A stretch of 64,000 nucleotides of DNA, from IMG/VR virus record IMGVR_UViG_3300035698_035310, positions 62,001 through 126,000 of that record; one strand, 5' to 3'. Below are positions 37,242 to 47,558 of the stretch, piece after piece. A model generated the notes under the pieces. It did not search any database. It was not told the DNA's origin and was given only the letters and a program-made list of their open reading frames with translations. The first letter of the stretch is position 1. Every line of letters starts with the position of its first letter. The translations under genes and the position numbers were made by a program.

Positions 37242-37537
37242 TGTCTGATTGCCCCATATGTCGTCGTGAGATGATAGACGGTAAATCAATTGATGAACAT
37301 CATCTTATACCAAAGGCGTTTAAAGGTAAAGAAACAGTCACGATTCATCGCATTTGCCATTCAAAATTGCATTCTGTCATAAGCGAGCGTGAAATGCTTA
37401 AATATTACCATACGATAGAACGTATATTAGAAAATGAAGAAATTCAAAAATTCATTAAATGGGTGTCAAAAAAAGACCCTGAATTTTACAGCAGCAACAA
37501 AGAAACCGCTAGTCGAAAGAAAAAACGACGTAGATAA
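37241..37537 (+). CDS. small HNH-family protein
   Basis: CPICRR...HHLIPK..G...HRICH..LH. Confidence 0.85.
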   Translation: MSDCPICRREMIDGKSIDEHHLIPKAFKGKETVTIHRICHSKLHSVISEREMLKYYHTIERILENEEIQKFIKWVSKKDPEFYSSNKETASRKKKRRR

Positions 37538-37547
37538 GGATAATAAT

Positions 37548-37826
37548 ATGAGAAAACGATACGGACAGGTGATTAGCGTATATAAAACACCAGATGACGA
37601 CGATATGGCATTAATATATGATTTTATAAATGAAAAGTCGACACGTGGCACATATACATGTGAAACACCACTGAAGTTAGGTAACGCGGTTCAATATGTT
37701 AAGGCATCAGATGCCGTCGGAAGAATTTATTTTGCTTGCAATGTGATATCGTTTACAAAACTCCCCAAATCATATGTTCCTGTAATGGAAGAATATGCGG
37801 AGCCGTTCATACCAAAAGAATTTTAA
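37548..37826 (+). CDS. hypothetical protein
   Basis: AAGGA SD before ATG 37548. Confidence 0.6.
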   Translation: MRKRYGQVISVYKTPDDDDMALIYDFINEKSTRGTYTCETPLKLGNAVQYVKASDAVGRIYFACNVISFTKLPKSYVPVMEEYAEPFIPKEF

Positions 37827-37837
37827 TAAATATATAT

Positions 37838-38062
37838 ATGAGAGCACATGAAATTATAAACGAAGATGAAGAGCAAATAAGTTGCAGGTCAGAAGAAGGC
37901 ATTACTGTAGGTATTATTGACTCTATGATAACTAATCTTCGGTTAATAAAATCACGCGATTTATCTCCCAAATCAGTTCAAGAAGCACTTCTTGATATCG
38001 GCGACGACCCTGATTTAGAATTTTTACTTGACGCAATAGAAAAAAATAAAGAAAAAAATTAA
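37838..38062 (+). CDS. hypothetical late protein
   Basis: AATAAATA immediately upstream; MRAHEIINE N-terminus of a type common in large-phage late proteins. Confidence 0.6.
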   Translation: MRAHEIINEDEEQISCRSEEGITVGIIDSMITNLRLIKSRDLSPKSVQEALLDIGDDPDLEFLLDAIEKNKEKN

Positions 38063-38127
38063 AATACCGTATTTGTATATTTGATATTCAATAAATATAA
38101 GTGTACCATCATAGGAATACTTATTAA

Positions 38128-41100
38128 ATGGCAGAAGACAAGCGTTATATCATAAGAGTTAAAAGTGAATCAGTATTAGGCACATTTTTGTCTGTTGCTA
38201 TGAACTTGGGTATTAAAATAGAGCATGTTTATCGACGTGTATTTTATGGGTTTTCTGCCCCATTAACAGAAGAACAATTTGAAATTATATCGGCTGACGC
38301 TCGAGTGATAGCAATCGAAGAAGCAACAGCGGTGTTTTGTTATGCACGACAAGATGAAGCACCTTGGCACTTGGATCGTATAGATCAACGTGAATTACCA
38401 TTAAGTGGGTCATATACTTATAGTTCTGATGGAACGGGCGTTATTGCATATGTTTTAGATTCTGGTTGTGTATTTTATAATGAAAATAAAACTGCATCTG
38501 ATACCGCCAATTTTGATCATATAGATTTCAGTGGAAGAGTCTCACCAGTAAATGAATTGGATGGTGTTGGTATACCAAAGACTGGAGTTGCGTTTGATCC
38601 CATATATAACAGACTACAAGCGACTGATCCAGAAAATGGTAGATTGTCATCGCCGCGTGGATTTGATCATTTTGGTCACGGAACTCACGTTGCTGGTATA
38701 ATCGGTAGTGACACTTATGGTGTTGCTAAAAATGTAGATATTAGAACGGCAAAAGTATTGGATATATTTGGTGCTGGCACAACATCTGATGTCATTGCTG
38801 GTATTGAAGCTATATTATCCGATTTTGCAAATAATAATCCATCGGTATTGCCTGCTGTATGTAATATGAGTTTAGGTACATCAGCACCATCATCACCAGC
38901 ACCATTTGGTGGATTTGAACTAGCAATTGAAGCATTAGTTGCTGCGGGTGTGACAGTTGTTGTTGCCGCTGGCAATGAAGGTCAAGATGCAAATAATATA
39001 TCACCCGCCAGAATGGATAGTGTTATAACCGTTGGTGCTACATCTAAAGTTGTTGATTCAAATGGCGTAGTTATAGAAGATACTATTGCTAATTTTTCTA
39101 ATTTTGGCGATACTGAAGATATCATTGCAGATGATACATTTGGTTTTAATGATTCTGTTGCGACAAATACGGGTTCGGCGCTTGATATGTTTGCTCCGGG
39201 TGTTCGTATCGTATCAACATATAAAACTAATCCTACTTCAACTAATACGTTCAGCGGAACGAGTATGGCATCACCATTGGTTGCTGGTGTTGCTGCATTG
39301 GTGTTAGAAAATAATCCCACCTTGTCACCAACCGATGTTTTGGAATTAATGATAACCAACTCAGTAGAAGATATTATTACCGGTGTTCCAGTTGGAACTC
39401 CGAATCGTATGGTATTTTCTACATTTGTTGATCACGAAATAGAATGGACAACACCTGCGGGTGATTTGGGTGATTATGCAGAAGGATACACTTTAAACCC
39501 ACAAGTAAAAGTTGAAGCGGTTGGATTTAGTGGTCAGTTAATTACTTATTCCAATCAAGGTGGTGGACTACCAATCGGAATTACTGTTAATGCGGCAACG
39601 GGCGTATTGGAGGGCGTTGTTGGTGCGGTATTATTAGACACTGTTTATAATTTCACCATACGTGCATCCGATAGTTCTGGATTTGTTGATAGAGCATTTA
39701 GTTTAACCATATTAGATAGCGAACTCCCACCAAGATGGGTTACAGCGTCTAATTTATCAACTGTTGACGAGGGTGAATTATTATCTATACAATTTTCCGC
39801 AACCTCGCAAAATTTTCCACAAAACCCCGATATAACATACGATTCGATTGATCCAGATACTGATGGCGTTATACCATTACCGTATGGTTGGAGCATAACA
39901 GCAGAAGGATTGATGACTGGTGATATACCTGTAGTAATTAATAACGAACACGATATAGAATTTAATATTAGAGCATTTGACGATAGCGTGTTTTCTGATC
40001 AATTATTTTCATTAACAATCAATCAATCGTCCTTTACCGAACCACCATTATGGCAAACTAGTGCAAACTTAGGATCGATAGTTAAATATGAGCCAGTAGC
40101 ATTAGAAGTAGTTGCCACTGATGCGGATGGAAATCCAAGACCTATAACATATCATGAAACCTTTACATCTGGTGATGGATCAATATTTGGTGTTAATAAT
40201 AGCTTGCCACTAGGTCTAACATTACAAAATGATGGAGTTATCACGGGTGCTTTCACTGGTTTATTAACTGATGGGGTGTTAGATAATCCTACCACTTTTG
40301 ATAATATTACAACAACTTTTGATAATAATACAACATTATCTGATAGTGATTTAGCCGTATTTGAATTTCAAATATTTGCAGAGGATGGATCACACGTAAT
40401 AGGTAAAATATTTACTATATCAATTCACAATGCAGCCGAAAATGAACCAGTAAATTGGATAACGCCGTCGCATAGAATTGCCATATTCGATGCATTGGTA
40501 TTCTCTTCTGTTACCGTTGAAGCTACTGATATTGATTCATCACCAAATGATTTGATATATACATTAGTTTCGGGTGATATTCCGTTAGGAATGAATTTAG
40601 ATAATAATACTGGTGAAATATTTGGTGTTCCAGAAAATATTAATGATATTGAAAAATTGTCTATATTTGGCATAGAAGCATCAGATGGATTATCTAAGGT
40701 TGTGCGAACTTTTTCTATAACTGTGTTACGGTCTAACAGACAGCCCGTATGGATAACTCCAATGGGTGCATTAATGCAGCCTATCAATGAAGGTACATTG
40801 TTTTCTAAACAATTAGAAGCAACGGACCCTAATACAAACGATGCATTGAGATATAGAGTTATAACTATTGAGCCATTTGAAGTGCAATTAGATAATAACA
40901 CAACTACATTTGATGGCGATACAACTACTATATCAGATACGATAGATTTGAATAGCGAATTGCCTAATGATATATCATTGAGTTTATCTGGCATGCTTAC
41001 TGGTGTAATAAATGATATTAATGAAGATACAACATATGAATTTACTGTGCGAGTTGATGACAGTTTATCAAATATAGATTATCTTTTTTCTGATAGAACA

Positions 41101-43611
41101 TTTTCAATTACTGTAGTAGACGGAGCTTTAAATACAAATATATCACCATTATGGGTGACACCGGCTGGCGCTTTGCCTGATGGCATAGAAAATGAGTTAT
41201 ATATATATGAATTATTGGCGTCAGATATCGATGGTCCAGACCCGCTTAAATTTATATTAATTGCTGGAAATTTACCACATGGATTAACATTAAACACCGA
41301 TACTGGTGTTATTTCTGGATATTCAAATGATTTAGATGTAGTAGATACTACATCGTTATTCATTGTTAGATTATTTGATGGTGCTAAATCGGTTGATAGA
41401 TCATTTAGTATAAAAATAGAAGATTCTGCTGTACCCAATTTACCACCAACGTGGATTACAGAAGAAGGCAATCTTGGCTCATTTGATGAATTAATTTCTA
41501 TAGTTATAGCTGTTCGGGCTATTGATCCAGAAGGCAGCAATGTTACTTATTTTGACGTTAATAGTGGTTTACCCGATGGATTGGTTATTACAATAGATGG
41601 AATTATCAATGGTATTACACCACAAGTCTCATCAGATCAAGAATTAGAGTTTACTATAGAAGCACGTGATGAAGAGGGTGGTATATCAGAGCGTATTTTT
41701 TCTATAACCGTTAATGATGTTGCTAATATACCACCAGTCTGGACTACCAATTCTTCGCTTGGTTCATTTCTAGAAGGAATATTCACGCCTATTGTTTTGA
41801 CGGCTATTGATCCAGATTCAGGACCATCGACGGATTTGATATACACTGATACTAGTGGTTCAACGACACACCTTAATAATGCTCCAGTAGGCGCTACAAT
41901 TGGATTGCCACCAGGATTAACGGTTAGTGCATCTGGTATATTAAGTGGATTTTCAACGGTGACTATAGATACAATATTCTCATTTGAAGTTACAGTATTT
42001 GATGGCAGTGCTAATGTACAACAACAATTTACAATAACAATAACCGATAACGCAGCAACGTCGAGCGAGTTGAGTTCATTGAATGTTAGATTAACAGGCA
42101 ATATTAATAAAGAATTTAAAAATTGGAATACTTCAGATTTGATTTATGACGTAGAGTTATTTGCCGCTGATATTGAGGGATTTGGCAGAGTTGTTGAACC
42201 AGATGTATATGTAATGAATAATATACATTCGTTAAATCCTACAACAATTGCAGAGTCATTCAATATGCATCACAAAACATTTGATTCGCTGATTGGTATG
42301 CCAACATTTGCAGTTGTTCGTGATGTAAATGATAATATTATATATGAAGTAGTATATGTTAATATAATAGACCCGCAACTTGGATCGTCATTTGATATAA
42401 TAGATGATTATTCAATGCGCGATGATTCATTAATATTGTCTCCTAAAACAGTTTCACAGAGTTTCACGCATCTTCGCACAGAGCTTCAGGTATTGCCAAA
42501 TTCTGATGAATTACCCAGTTGGATGAGCGCCGAACAAATATTGGGTGATTCTTCTTCGATTATTGGGTATAATCCTTCGCTTGTATTAGCATATGTTAAA
42601 CCAGGATTTGGCGATATTATAATAGATCGTTTGAATACGATAGAAACAACAACTGTTATTACACCAGCATCTGAAACCACATTCGACGATACTGCGGTAT
42701 TCGGTGATGAATTTTCACCCGTAGTTAGTCCGGGCGATACATTAACAATCAAAAATGGCACAGCGGCAATGGAAACCGTAACATTTAATGCACCTGGAAC
42801 ATTGTTACAAATAGTACAAGATATTAATGACGAAACCATAGACGGCGTTCACGCCGCAGTAAGAATAATAGAGCAATTTATTCCAGACAGTCCACCAGCC
42901 ACTTGGCCAGGAACATTTCAAATAGGTCAAGTATTAGTATTAACATATGATGAAAAAACTATAGATTTGGGTGGCACCGCATTAACTATTTTGGGATTAC
43001 CCGCTGTTGGAAGAGAAACATTATGGGATGATGGCACCTCTTTTGATGCATCCACGGGTACGGAAATTATAATTACTAAAGGTTTAGGATATCAACTTAC
43101 TGGTCGAAATTTAATCATAGATCGTTATTTATTTGAAGATAATTCATCAGCAGTAACAGACCTTACTAGTTTTGATGGTGCTACAACGACATTTGACGGC
43201 AATTCTACAGCATTCGATTTAGTATTTGGAGTACAAAAATGGATTAAATTCAATTCAGATATAGATAATCCAGTATGGATAACAAACAAAGGTGTGATTG
43301 GCGGTTTTGATACTGGTGATACAGTGTCTATTCAACTAGAAACTGTTAATGATTCTGGTTTGACTATATCTTATTCATTAATTTATGGTGCGCTACCAGA
43401 TGGTTTAACATTAGATAGCGATGGATTGATAAGTGGAACAATAACAGGTAGTTTATACACTTCTATCTATTTTGTGGTGCACGCAATTGATTCAGATGGT
43501 AATTTTTCTGATAGAGGATTTGAGATCGTTGTTGATGGACCAACCACATTCGACACCAATCTGACAACATTTACCGATTTGGGCGTTCCAATGACTTTGG
43601 ATGTTACATAA
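38128..43611 (+). CDS. S8 subtilisin-like protease fused to tandem Ig-like repeats; probable baseplate/tail structural protein
   Basis: I9-like propeptide; LDSG, HGTHVAG, AAGN, GTSMASP; about nine P.W.T...LP.GL....G.I.G...F..RA.D...DR.F repeats; TTFD repeats; late promoter at ~38090. Confidence 0.88.
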   Translation: MAEDKRYIIRVKSESVLGTFLSVAMNLGIKIEHVYRRVFYGFSAPLTEEQFEIISADARVIAIEEATAVFCYARQDEAPWHLDRIDQRELPLSGSYTYSSDGTGVIAYVLDSGCVFYNENKTASDTANFDHIDFSGRVSPVNELDGVGIPKTGVAFDPIYNRLQATDPENGRLSSPRGFDHFGHGTHVAGIIGSDTYGVAKNVDIRTAKVLDIFGAGTTSDVIAGIEAILSDFANNNPSVLPAVCNMSLGTSAPSSPAPFGGFELAIEALVAAGVTVVVAAGNEGQDANNISPARMDSVITVGATSKVVDSNGVVIEDTIANFSNFGDTEDIIADDTFGFNDSVATNTGSALDMFAPGVRIVSTYKTNPTSTNTFSGTSMASPLVAGVAALVLENNPTLSPTDVLELMITNSVEDIITGVPVGTPNRMVFSTFVDHEIEWTTPAGDLGDYAEGYTLNPQVKVEAVGFSGQLITYSNQGGGLPIGITVNAATGVLEGVVGAVLLDTVYNFTIRASDSSGFVDRAFSLTILDSELPPRWVTASNLSTVDEGELLSIQFSATSQNFPQNPDITYDSIDPDTDGVIPLPYGWSITAEGLMTGDIPVVINNEHDIEFNIRAFDDSVFSDQLFSLTINQSSFTEPPLWQTSANLGSIVKYEPVALEVVATDADGNPRPITYHETFTSGDGSIFGVNNSLPLGLTLQNDGVITGAFTGLLTDGVLDNPTTFDNITTTFDNNTTLSDSDLAVFEFQIFAEDGSHVIGKIFTISIHNAAENEPVNWITPSHRIAIFDALVFSSVTVEATDIDSSPNDLIYTLVSGDIPLGMNLDNNTGEIFGVPENINDIEKLSIFGIEASDGLSKVVRTFSITVLRSNRQPVWITPMGALMQPINEGTLFSKQLEATDPNTNDALRYRVITIEPFEVQLDNNTTTFDGDTTTISDTIDLNSELPNDISLSLSGMLTGVINDINEDTTYEFTVRVDDSLSNIDYLFSDRTFSITVVDGALNTNISPLWVTPAGALPDGIENELYIYELLASDIDGPDPLKFILIAGNLPHGLTLNTDTGVISGYSNDLDVVDTTSLFIVRLFDGAKSVDRSFSIKIEDSAVPNLPPTWITEEGNLGSFDELISIVIAVRAIDPEGSNVTYFDVNSGLPDGLVITIDGIINGITPQVSSDQELEFTIEARDEEGGISERIFSITVNDVANIPPVWTTNSSLGSFLEGIFTPIVLTAIDPDSGPSTDLIYTDTSGSTTHLNNAPVGATIGLPPGLTVSASGILSGFSTVTIDTIFSFEVTVFDGSANVQQQFTITITDNAATSSELSSLNVRLTGNINKEFKNWNTSDLIYDVELFAADIEGFGRVVEPDVYVMNNIHSLNPTTIAESFNMHHKTFDSLIGMPTFAVVRDVNDNIIYEVVYVNIIDPQLGSSFDIIDDYSMRDDSLILSPKTVSQSFTHLRTELQVLPNSDELPSWMSAEQILGDSSSIIGYNPSLVLAYVKPGFGDIIIDRLNTIETTTVITPASETTFDDTAVFGDEFSPVVSPGDTLTIKNGTAAMETVTFNAPGTLLQIVQDINDETIDGVHAAVRIIEQFIPDSPPATWPGTFQIGQVLVLTYDEKTIDLGGTALTILGLPAVGRETLWDDGTSFDASTGTEIIITKGLGYQLTGRNLIIDRYLFEDNSSAVTDLTSFDGATTTFDGNSTAFDLVFGVQKWIKFNSDIDNPVWITNKGVIGGFDTGDTVSIQLETVNDSGLTISYSLIYGALPDGLTLDSDGLISGTITGSLYTSIYFVVHAIDSDGNFSDRGFEIVVDGPTTFDTNLTTFTDLGVPMTLDVT

Positions 43612-43653
43612 ATATAATAAATAGTTTATAGGTTAAACACGGAGAAAATAACG

Positions 43654-44772
43654 ATGTCCATTACTGAAATAAATTTAATTGATGAAGCTTTTCCTATCGC
43701 CGGAATAGATCAACCATCTGACGGATATAGAGATAACTTTAACAATATTAAAATATCATTGACTGATCTGGATACAGCAGTCATCACCGAAATGGATGAT
43801 ATTAGTGATGTTGATACAACTAGTGTTGCGCCCATATTAAATGATATATTCACATTTGATAGCACAAATTGGGTTCCTATAGCATTCGAGATTGTGAATG
43901 ATATTACCCCACAATTAGGTGGATTATTAGACCTTAATGGATTTGGATTGGGTGATGGAACAAATATTATTATTAGTTTAGTTGAAGCTGCTACCCCTGT
44001 TAACTATCTTGCTTTTGGTAATGCGGATACGGGCGTTTCGCCTATCATTGCATCGATTGGCACAGATACAGATGTTGGATTAGTATTAAAACCAAAAAAT
44101 GCTGGTAAAGTAACCATAAGTTCAGATGATGCAGAAGCAGATATAACAACCGATGGAGTTTTGCCGTTGTTAATTAGACCTGCTAATTCATTGACATTGC
44201 GTTCTGGTGGTAATACATCGGGTAATGGTTATTCCACTGTACTTCGCGGTGGTGATAGCACAGGTGGCGATGGTGATGGTGGTGAAGTAATTATTAAACC
44301 TGGCGTATTCGATGGTTCTGGTAGTCAAGGCGGCGTGACGGTTAGAGATGAAACAGATGATGAAATAATTAGATTTAGAGGAACAAGCACAGGTACACCA
44401 GTAAATTCAATTTTGATTGTTAACTCTATAACCACAGAAGGACCAGCATTGTTAACAATTGGCGACGACGCCAATGTAGATTTTCTTATTGTTCCCAAAG
44501 GAACTGGAAAATTAGATGTTTCTGGTATTTTATATCCAAACACCGATGGAACAACTGATGGCGATGTTATGAAAACTGATGCTGCTGGTGTTCTTTCGTT
44601 TGACGCACCAACCGATTTAGGTGAATTTACAGTTGCTGGCTTGCCTGCTGCTGCTACGAATGCCGATTCATGGGCGCTGGCAACAGATGCTAGTGGCGGA
44701 AGAACAATCGTGCGTAGCGATGGCACCGCATGGAAGGTGATAGCGTTAGAGAGTGCAACAGTAGTAACATAA
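43654..44772 (+). CDS. tail fibre-like structural protein
   Basis: IDEAFPIAGIDQPSDGYRDNF N-terminus; DITPQLGGLLDLNG; Gly-rich beta repeats. Confidence 0.7.
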   Translation: MSITEINLIDEAFPIAGIDQPSDGYRDNFNNIKISLTDLDTAVITEMDDISDVDTTSVAPILNDIFTFDSTNWVPIAFEIVNDITPQLGGLLDLNGFGLGDGTNIIISLVEAATPVNYLAFGNADTGVSPIIASIGTDTDVGLVLKPKNAGKVTISSDDAEADITTDGVLPLLIRPANSLTLRSGGNTSGNGYSTVLRGGDSTGGDGDGGEVIIKPGVFDGSGSQGGVTVRDETDDEIIRFRGTSTGTPVNSILIVNSITTEGPALLTIGDDANVDFLIVPKGTGKLDVSGILYPNTDGTTDGDVMKTDAAGVLSFDAPTDLGEFTVAGLPAAATNADSWALATDASGGRTIVRSDGTAWKVIALESATVVT

Positions 44773-44787
44773 GGCATATAAATATAA

Positions 44788-45090
44788 ATGGCTTCTTCAA
44801 TAATAGAAACAGACCCACAATCAGGTATAGATCAACCAGCATCAGTTGTTAGAAATAATTTTGTTCGAGCGAAAATCGAAATAGAAGAGTTGCAGGATGA
44901 AAAAATTAATAAATCAGGCGACACTATGTCAGGATTGTTAAAACTTGCTGCCTTAAATATTGCTGAACTCCCCGATCCAGCAACAAACTTAGCAGGTATT
45001 GCAGTAGTAACAGACTCTGGCCCTAACCCTATTCCAGTTTATAGTAATGGTATAGCTTGGCTTAAATTTTCGGATGATTCTGCTATATAA
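44788..45090 (+). CDS. small structural protein paralogous to the upstream fibre termini
   Basis: GIDQPASVVRNNF..AK.EI; KSGDTMSG; YSNGIAW. Confidence 0.7.
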   Translation: MASSIIETDPQSGIDQPASVVRNNFVRAKIEIEELQDEKINKSGDTMSGLLKLAALNIAELPDPATNLAGIAVVTDSGPNPIPVYSNGIAWLKFSDDSAI

Positions 45091-45152
45091 ATTGACATTA
45101 ATACAGTAATCATGTAGTATTCATCAAATAATTAAACTAAAGGTGAATAATA

Positions 45153-45590
45153 ATGACTGATTTAAACAATACATTTAAACAATATCAAACATTCGTAGAG
45201 GGTGTAACTAGTGAAACAAGTAAAGATACTGAAATGTTTCAAAAACGCATTACAGAATTAGAACAAGCTGGTATTAATTTTGCAGAATTTGATACTGCTA
45301 TTGCTGGCATCGGCGGTGAAGCGGGTGAGATTGGCGATTTATGGAAAAAATTAAAATATCATGGTAAGCCATGGAATGAAGAAAATAGACAAAATTTTAT
45401 TGACGAAGCAGGAGATATGTTTTGGTATCTAGCAAAATATATGCAATCATTGAATATCACGATAGAAGAAGTATTAGATAGAAATGTTGCAAAATTAGAA
45501 TCGAGATATCCCGGTGGAACTTTTTCAATAGAACGATCAGAAGTTCGTGATAGAGAAATTGATCCGAGTTACGAAGGTAAAAATACATAA
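45153..45590 (+). CDS. MazG-like nucleotide pyrophosphohydrolase
   Basis: GEAGEI.D..KK...DEAGDMFWY...N.AKL..RYP. Confidence 0.9.
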   Translation: MTDLNNTFKQYQTFVEGVTSETSKDTEMFQKRITELEQAGINFAEFDTAIAGIGGEAGEIGDLWKKLKYHGKPWNEENRQNFIDEAGDMFWYLAKYMQSLNITIEEVLDRNVAKLESRYPGGTFSIERSEVRDREIDPSYEGKNT

Positions 45591-45603
45591 GAGGTATTTA
45601 AAA

Positions 45604-45888
45604 ATGCATCCAGGTTTAGAAAAAGAAAAAGCAAGCGAAATGTCTATAGAAGATTGTCACGAAAAGATAACTGAAATAGATAGACGCATGGGAATAGCAT
45701 ATCAATTAACGCACACTGACGTATTGCCGCAAATGCGATTATTAAAAGAGCATTATCAAATGATAATAAAAGATAAAATGGACGCAGAGATGCAAGAAAT
45801 GATAGATTCTGATCCTAAACTTGGACGCACCGTTATTGATATAGATTGGCCCGATCCTGCTGATGAAGAAGATGAAGACACGTTTTAA
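45604..45888 (+). CDS. hypothetical protein
   Basis: GAGGT SD; helical protein starting MHP. Confidence 0.65.
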   Translation: MHPGLEKEKASEMSIEDCHEKITEIDRRMGIAYQLTHTDVLPQMRLLKEHYQMIIKDKMDAEMQEMIDSDPKLGRTVIDIDWPDPADEEDEDTF

Positions 45889-45943
45889 CTTGACAGGTGT
45901 ATAACAAATATATTATATTTGTTAACTCTAAAAGAGGATAAAA

Positions 45944-46159
45944 GTGATGACAAAAGTTTCACATGTTGTATTGAGTGCAGAAGACCAAACCAAGAAAGAT
46001 ATCGAATCTTTAAAAACTATATTTACTGAACATGGTATATCGATTGGGTTAAATATTTTACATAATGCATGGTCATATAGTTTAATAGAACAATGCCATA
46101 TCAATCAAAGTGTTGTACACGCAGTAGATGAATATAATACATCAGTAACGGATAAATAG
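45944..46159 (+). CDS. hypothetical protein
   Basis: TTGACA promoter at ~45890; GAGGA SD. Confidence 0.55.
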   Translation: MMTKVSHVVLSAEDQTKKDIESLKTIFTEHGISIGLNILHNAWSYSLIEQCHINQSVVHAVDEYNTSVTDK

Positions 46160-46161
46160 TA

Positions 46162-46698
46162 GTGATTAAAGAGTTAAAAGATAGATATATTGATGATATA
46201 GGCAGGGTGATAATGACCACCGATGGTCTTATTGATATGTTAATGAAGCAACAATCAATCGAAGGTTTATTGGTTGAAGAATGTGACGACACACTTAAAT
46301 ATAATACAAATATCGATAACAACAAACAGTTAGAAATATACTCAGACGAGAAAGCGAACGAAACACCTGATATATATGATTCAATTGCCACAACTAGGTG
46401 GAAAACACCAGAGAAATATCAAATTGCAGATGATGCATTAGTAACGTGGTTATTTGAGAAATGTAAATCTGAAAATGAATACAACAGAGTTTTAATGGAA
46501 TTAGAAATGTTTGATGATCGTGGGTTATATCCATTACTTAAACATTTAATATTTTTGGTAGATCATTTTAGAAAAAACAATATTGTATGGGGTATAGGGC
46601 GCGGATCGAGTGTTTCATCATATATTTTATTTCTCATTGGAATACACAGAGTTAATTCGATTGATTTTAATTTAAACATCAACGATTTTTTAAAATAA
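46162..46698 (+). CDS. DNA polymerase III alpha (DnaE)-like fragment
   Basis: RVLMELE...WGIGRGSSVSSYILFLIGIHRVN matches the DnaE GxGRGS region; only 178 aa. Confidence 0.85.
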   Translation: MIKELKDRYIDDIGRVIMTTDGLIDMLMKQQSIEGLLVEECDDTLKYNTNIDNNKQLEIYSDEKANETPDIYDSIATTRWKTPEKYQIADDALVTWLFEKCKSENEYNRVLMELEMFDDRGLYPLLKHLIFLVDHFRKNNIVWGIGRGSSVSSYILFLIGIHRVNSIDFNLNINDFLK

Positions 46699-46709
46699 GG
46701 AAAAATTAA

Positions 46710-47072
46710 ATGGTAAAAAGACATAAAAGTGCTAAAGGTGATCAAATAGATTTTGATCTTTTGCAACTTAATAATAAAGAAGTGGTAGCCATTGGTAATG
46801 CCAGCATGAATGCAAACGGCGATACATTAGGAAGGGGTGGAGTAATTGTTCGAAAAGTAGACGATATCCCCAAATCACAATTAGCAGACCCTAATGCAGC
46901 ATACAATCAACAAAATCCAAAATCGACTAAATTAGTTAGTTTAAAGAGTGCAGTTGTAGTTGATGACGTTGTTGTAGAAGCGACACCCGAAGTGGTGGTT
47001 GAAGAAACAGTCGTTGATGAAATCGAAAAAAAGCAAAAATCTAAAAGAAAAATAATTGACAGCGAAGAGTAA
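46710..47072 (+). CDS. hypothetical phage protein
   Basis: SAKGDQID..AIGN...NANGD.LGRGG motif. Confidence 0.7.
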   Translation: MVKRHKSAKGDQIDFDLLQLNNKEVVAIGNASMNANGDTLGRGGVIVRKVDDIPKSQLADPNAAYNQQNPKSTKLVSLKSAVVVDDVVVEATPEVVVEETVVDEIEKKQKSKRKIIDSEE

Positions 47073-47117
47073 AATGTAGTATACTTCATTATAATAAAGT
47101 ATTAATGGAGTATACAA

Positions 47118-47507
47118 ATGGCTACCGATTTTGATTATAGTACAACTGGTGTATTAACACCAATTCGCGATCATGTTATAGTTACAGAAATGGACAACGA
47201 AGATGAGCGAATAGTTAACGGCATCATTCTGTTAAGTGAAACAGGATCAGACCGTGGCATCCACCCAAGACAAGCATATGTAACCGCAGTAGGGCCAGAT
47301 CAATCAGATGTGGCACCCGGCGATTGGATATTGGTCGAACACGGACGATGGACACGTGGTGTAAAATTAGACGATGGAAATATATATCGCAAAGTTGACC
47401 CATCTTGCATATTGGGAATAACTGGCGATAAGACTGACGATCTTCAGGTAATGGGCGACAAAGTTGTTAATAATTCTAGACATAATATGGGCGGGTTTGA
47501 CGAATAA
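47118..47507 (+). CDS. groES: co-chaperonin GroES-like protein
   Basis: LTPIRDHVIV...GIIL...VTAVGP...V.PGD.ILV. Confidence 0.85.
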   Translation: MATDFDYSTTGVLTPIRDHVIVTEMDNEDERIVNGIILLSETGSDRGIHPRQAYVTAVGPDQSDVAPGDWILVEHGRWTRGVKLDDGNIYRKVDPSCILGITGDKTDDLQVMGDKVVNNSRHNMGGFDE

Positions 47508-47558
47508 ATCAAACGATTATACCAGTAAGTTATAACCCCCAATAAAGAGAAATAAAGT

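Noticed and set aside
38715-42839. Multiple - strand ORFs inside the subtilisin/Ig gene
   Set aside because: Antisense shadows caused by codon bias of the + strand gene.
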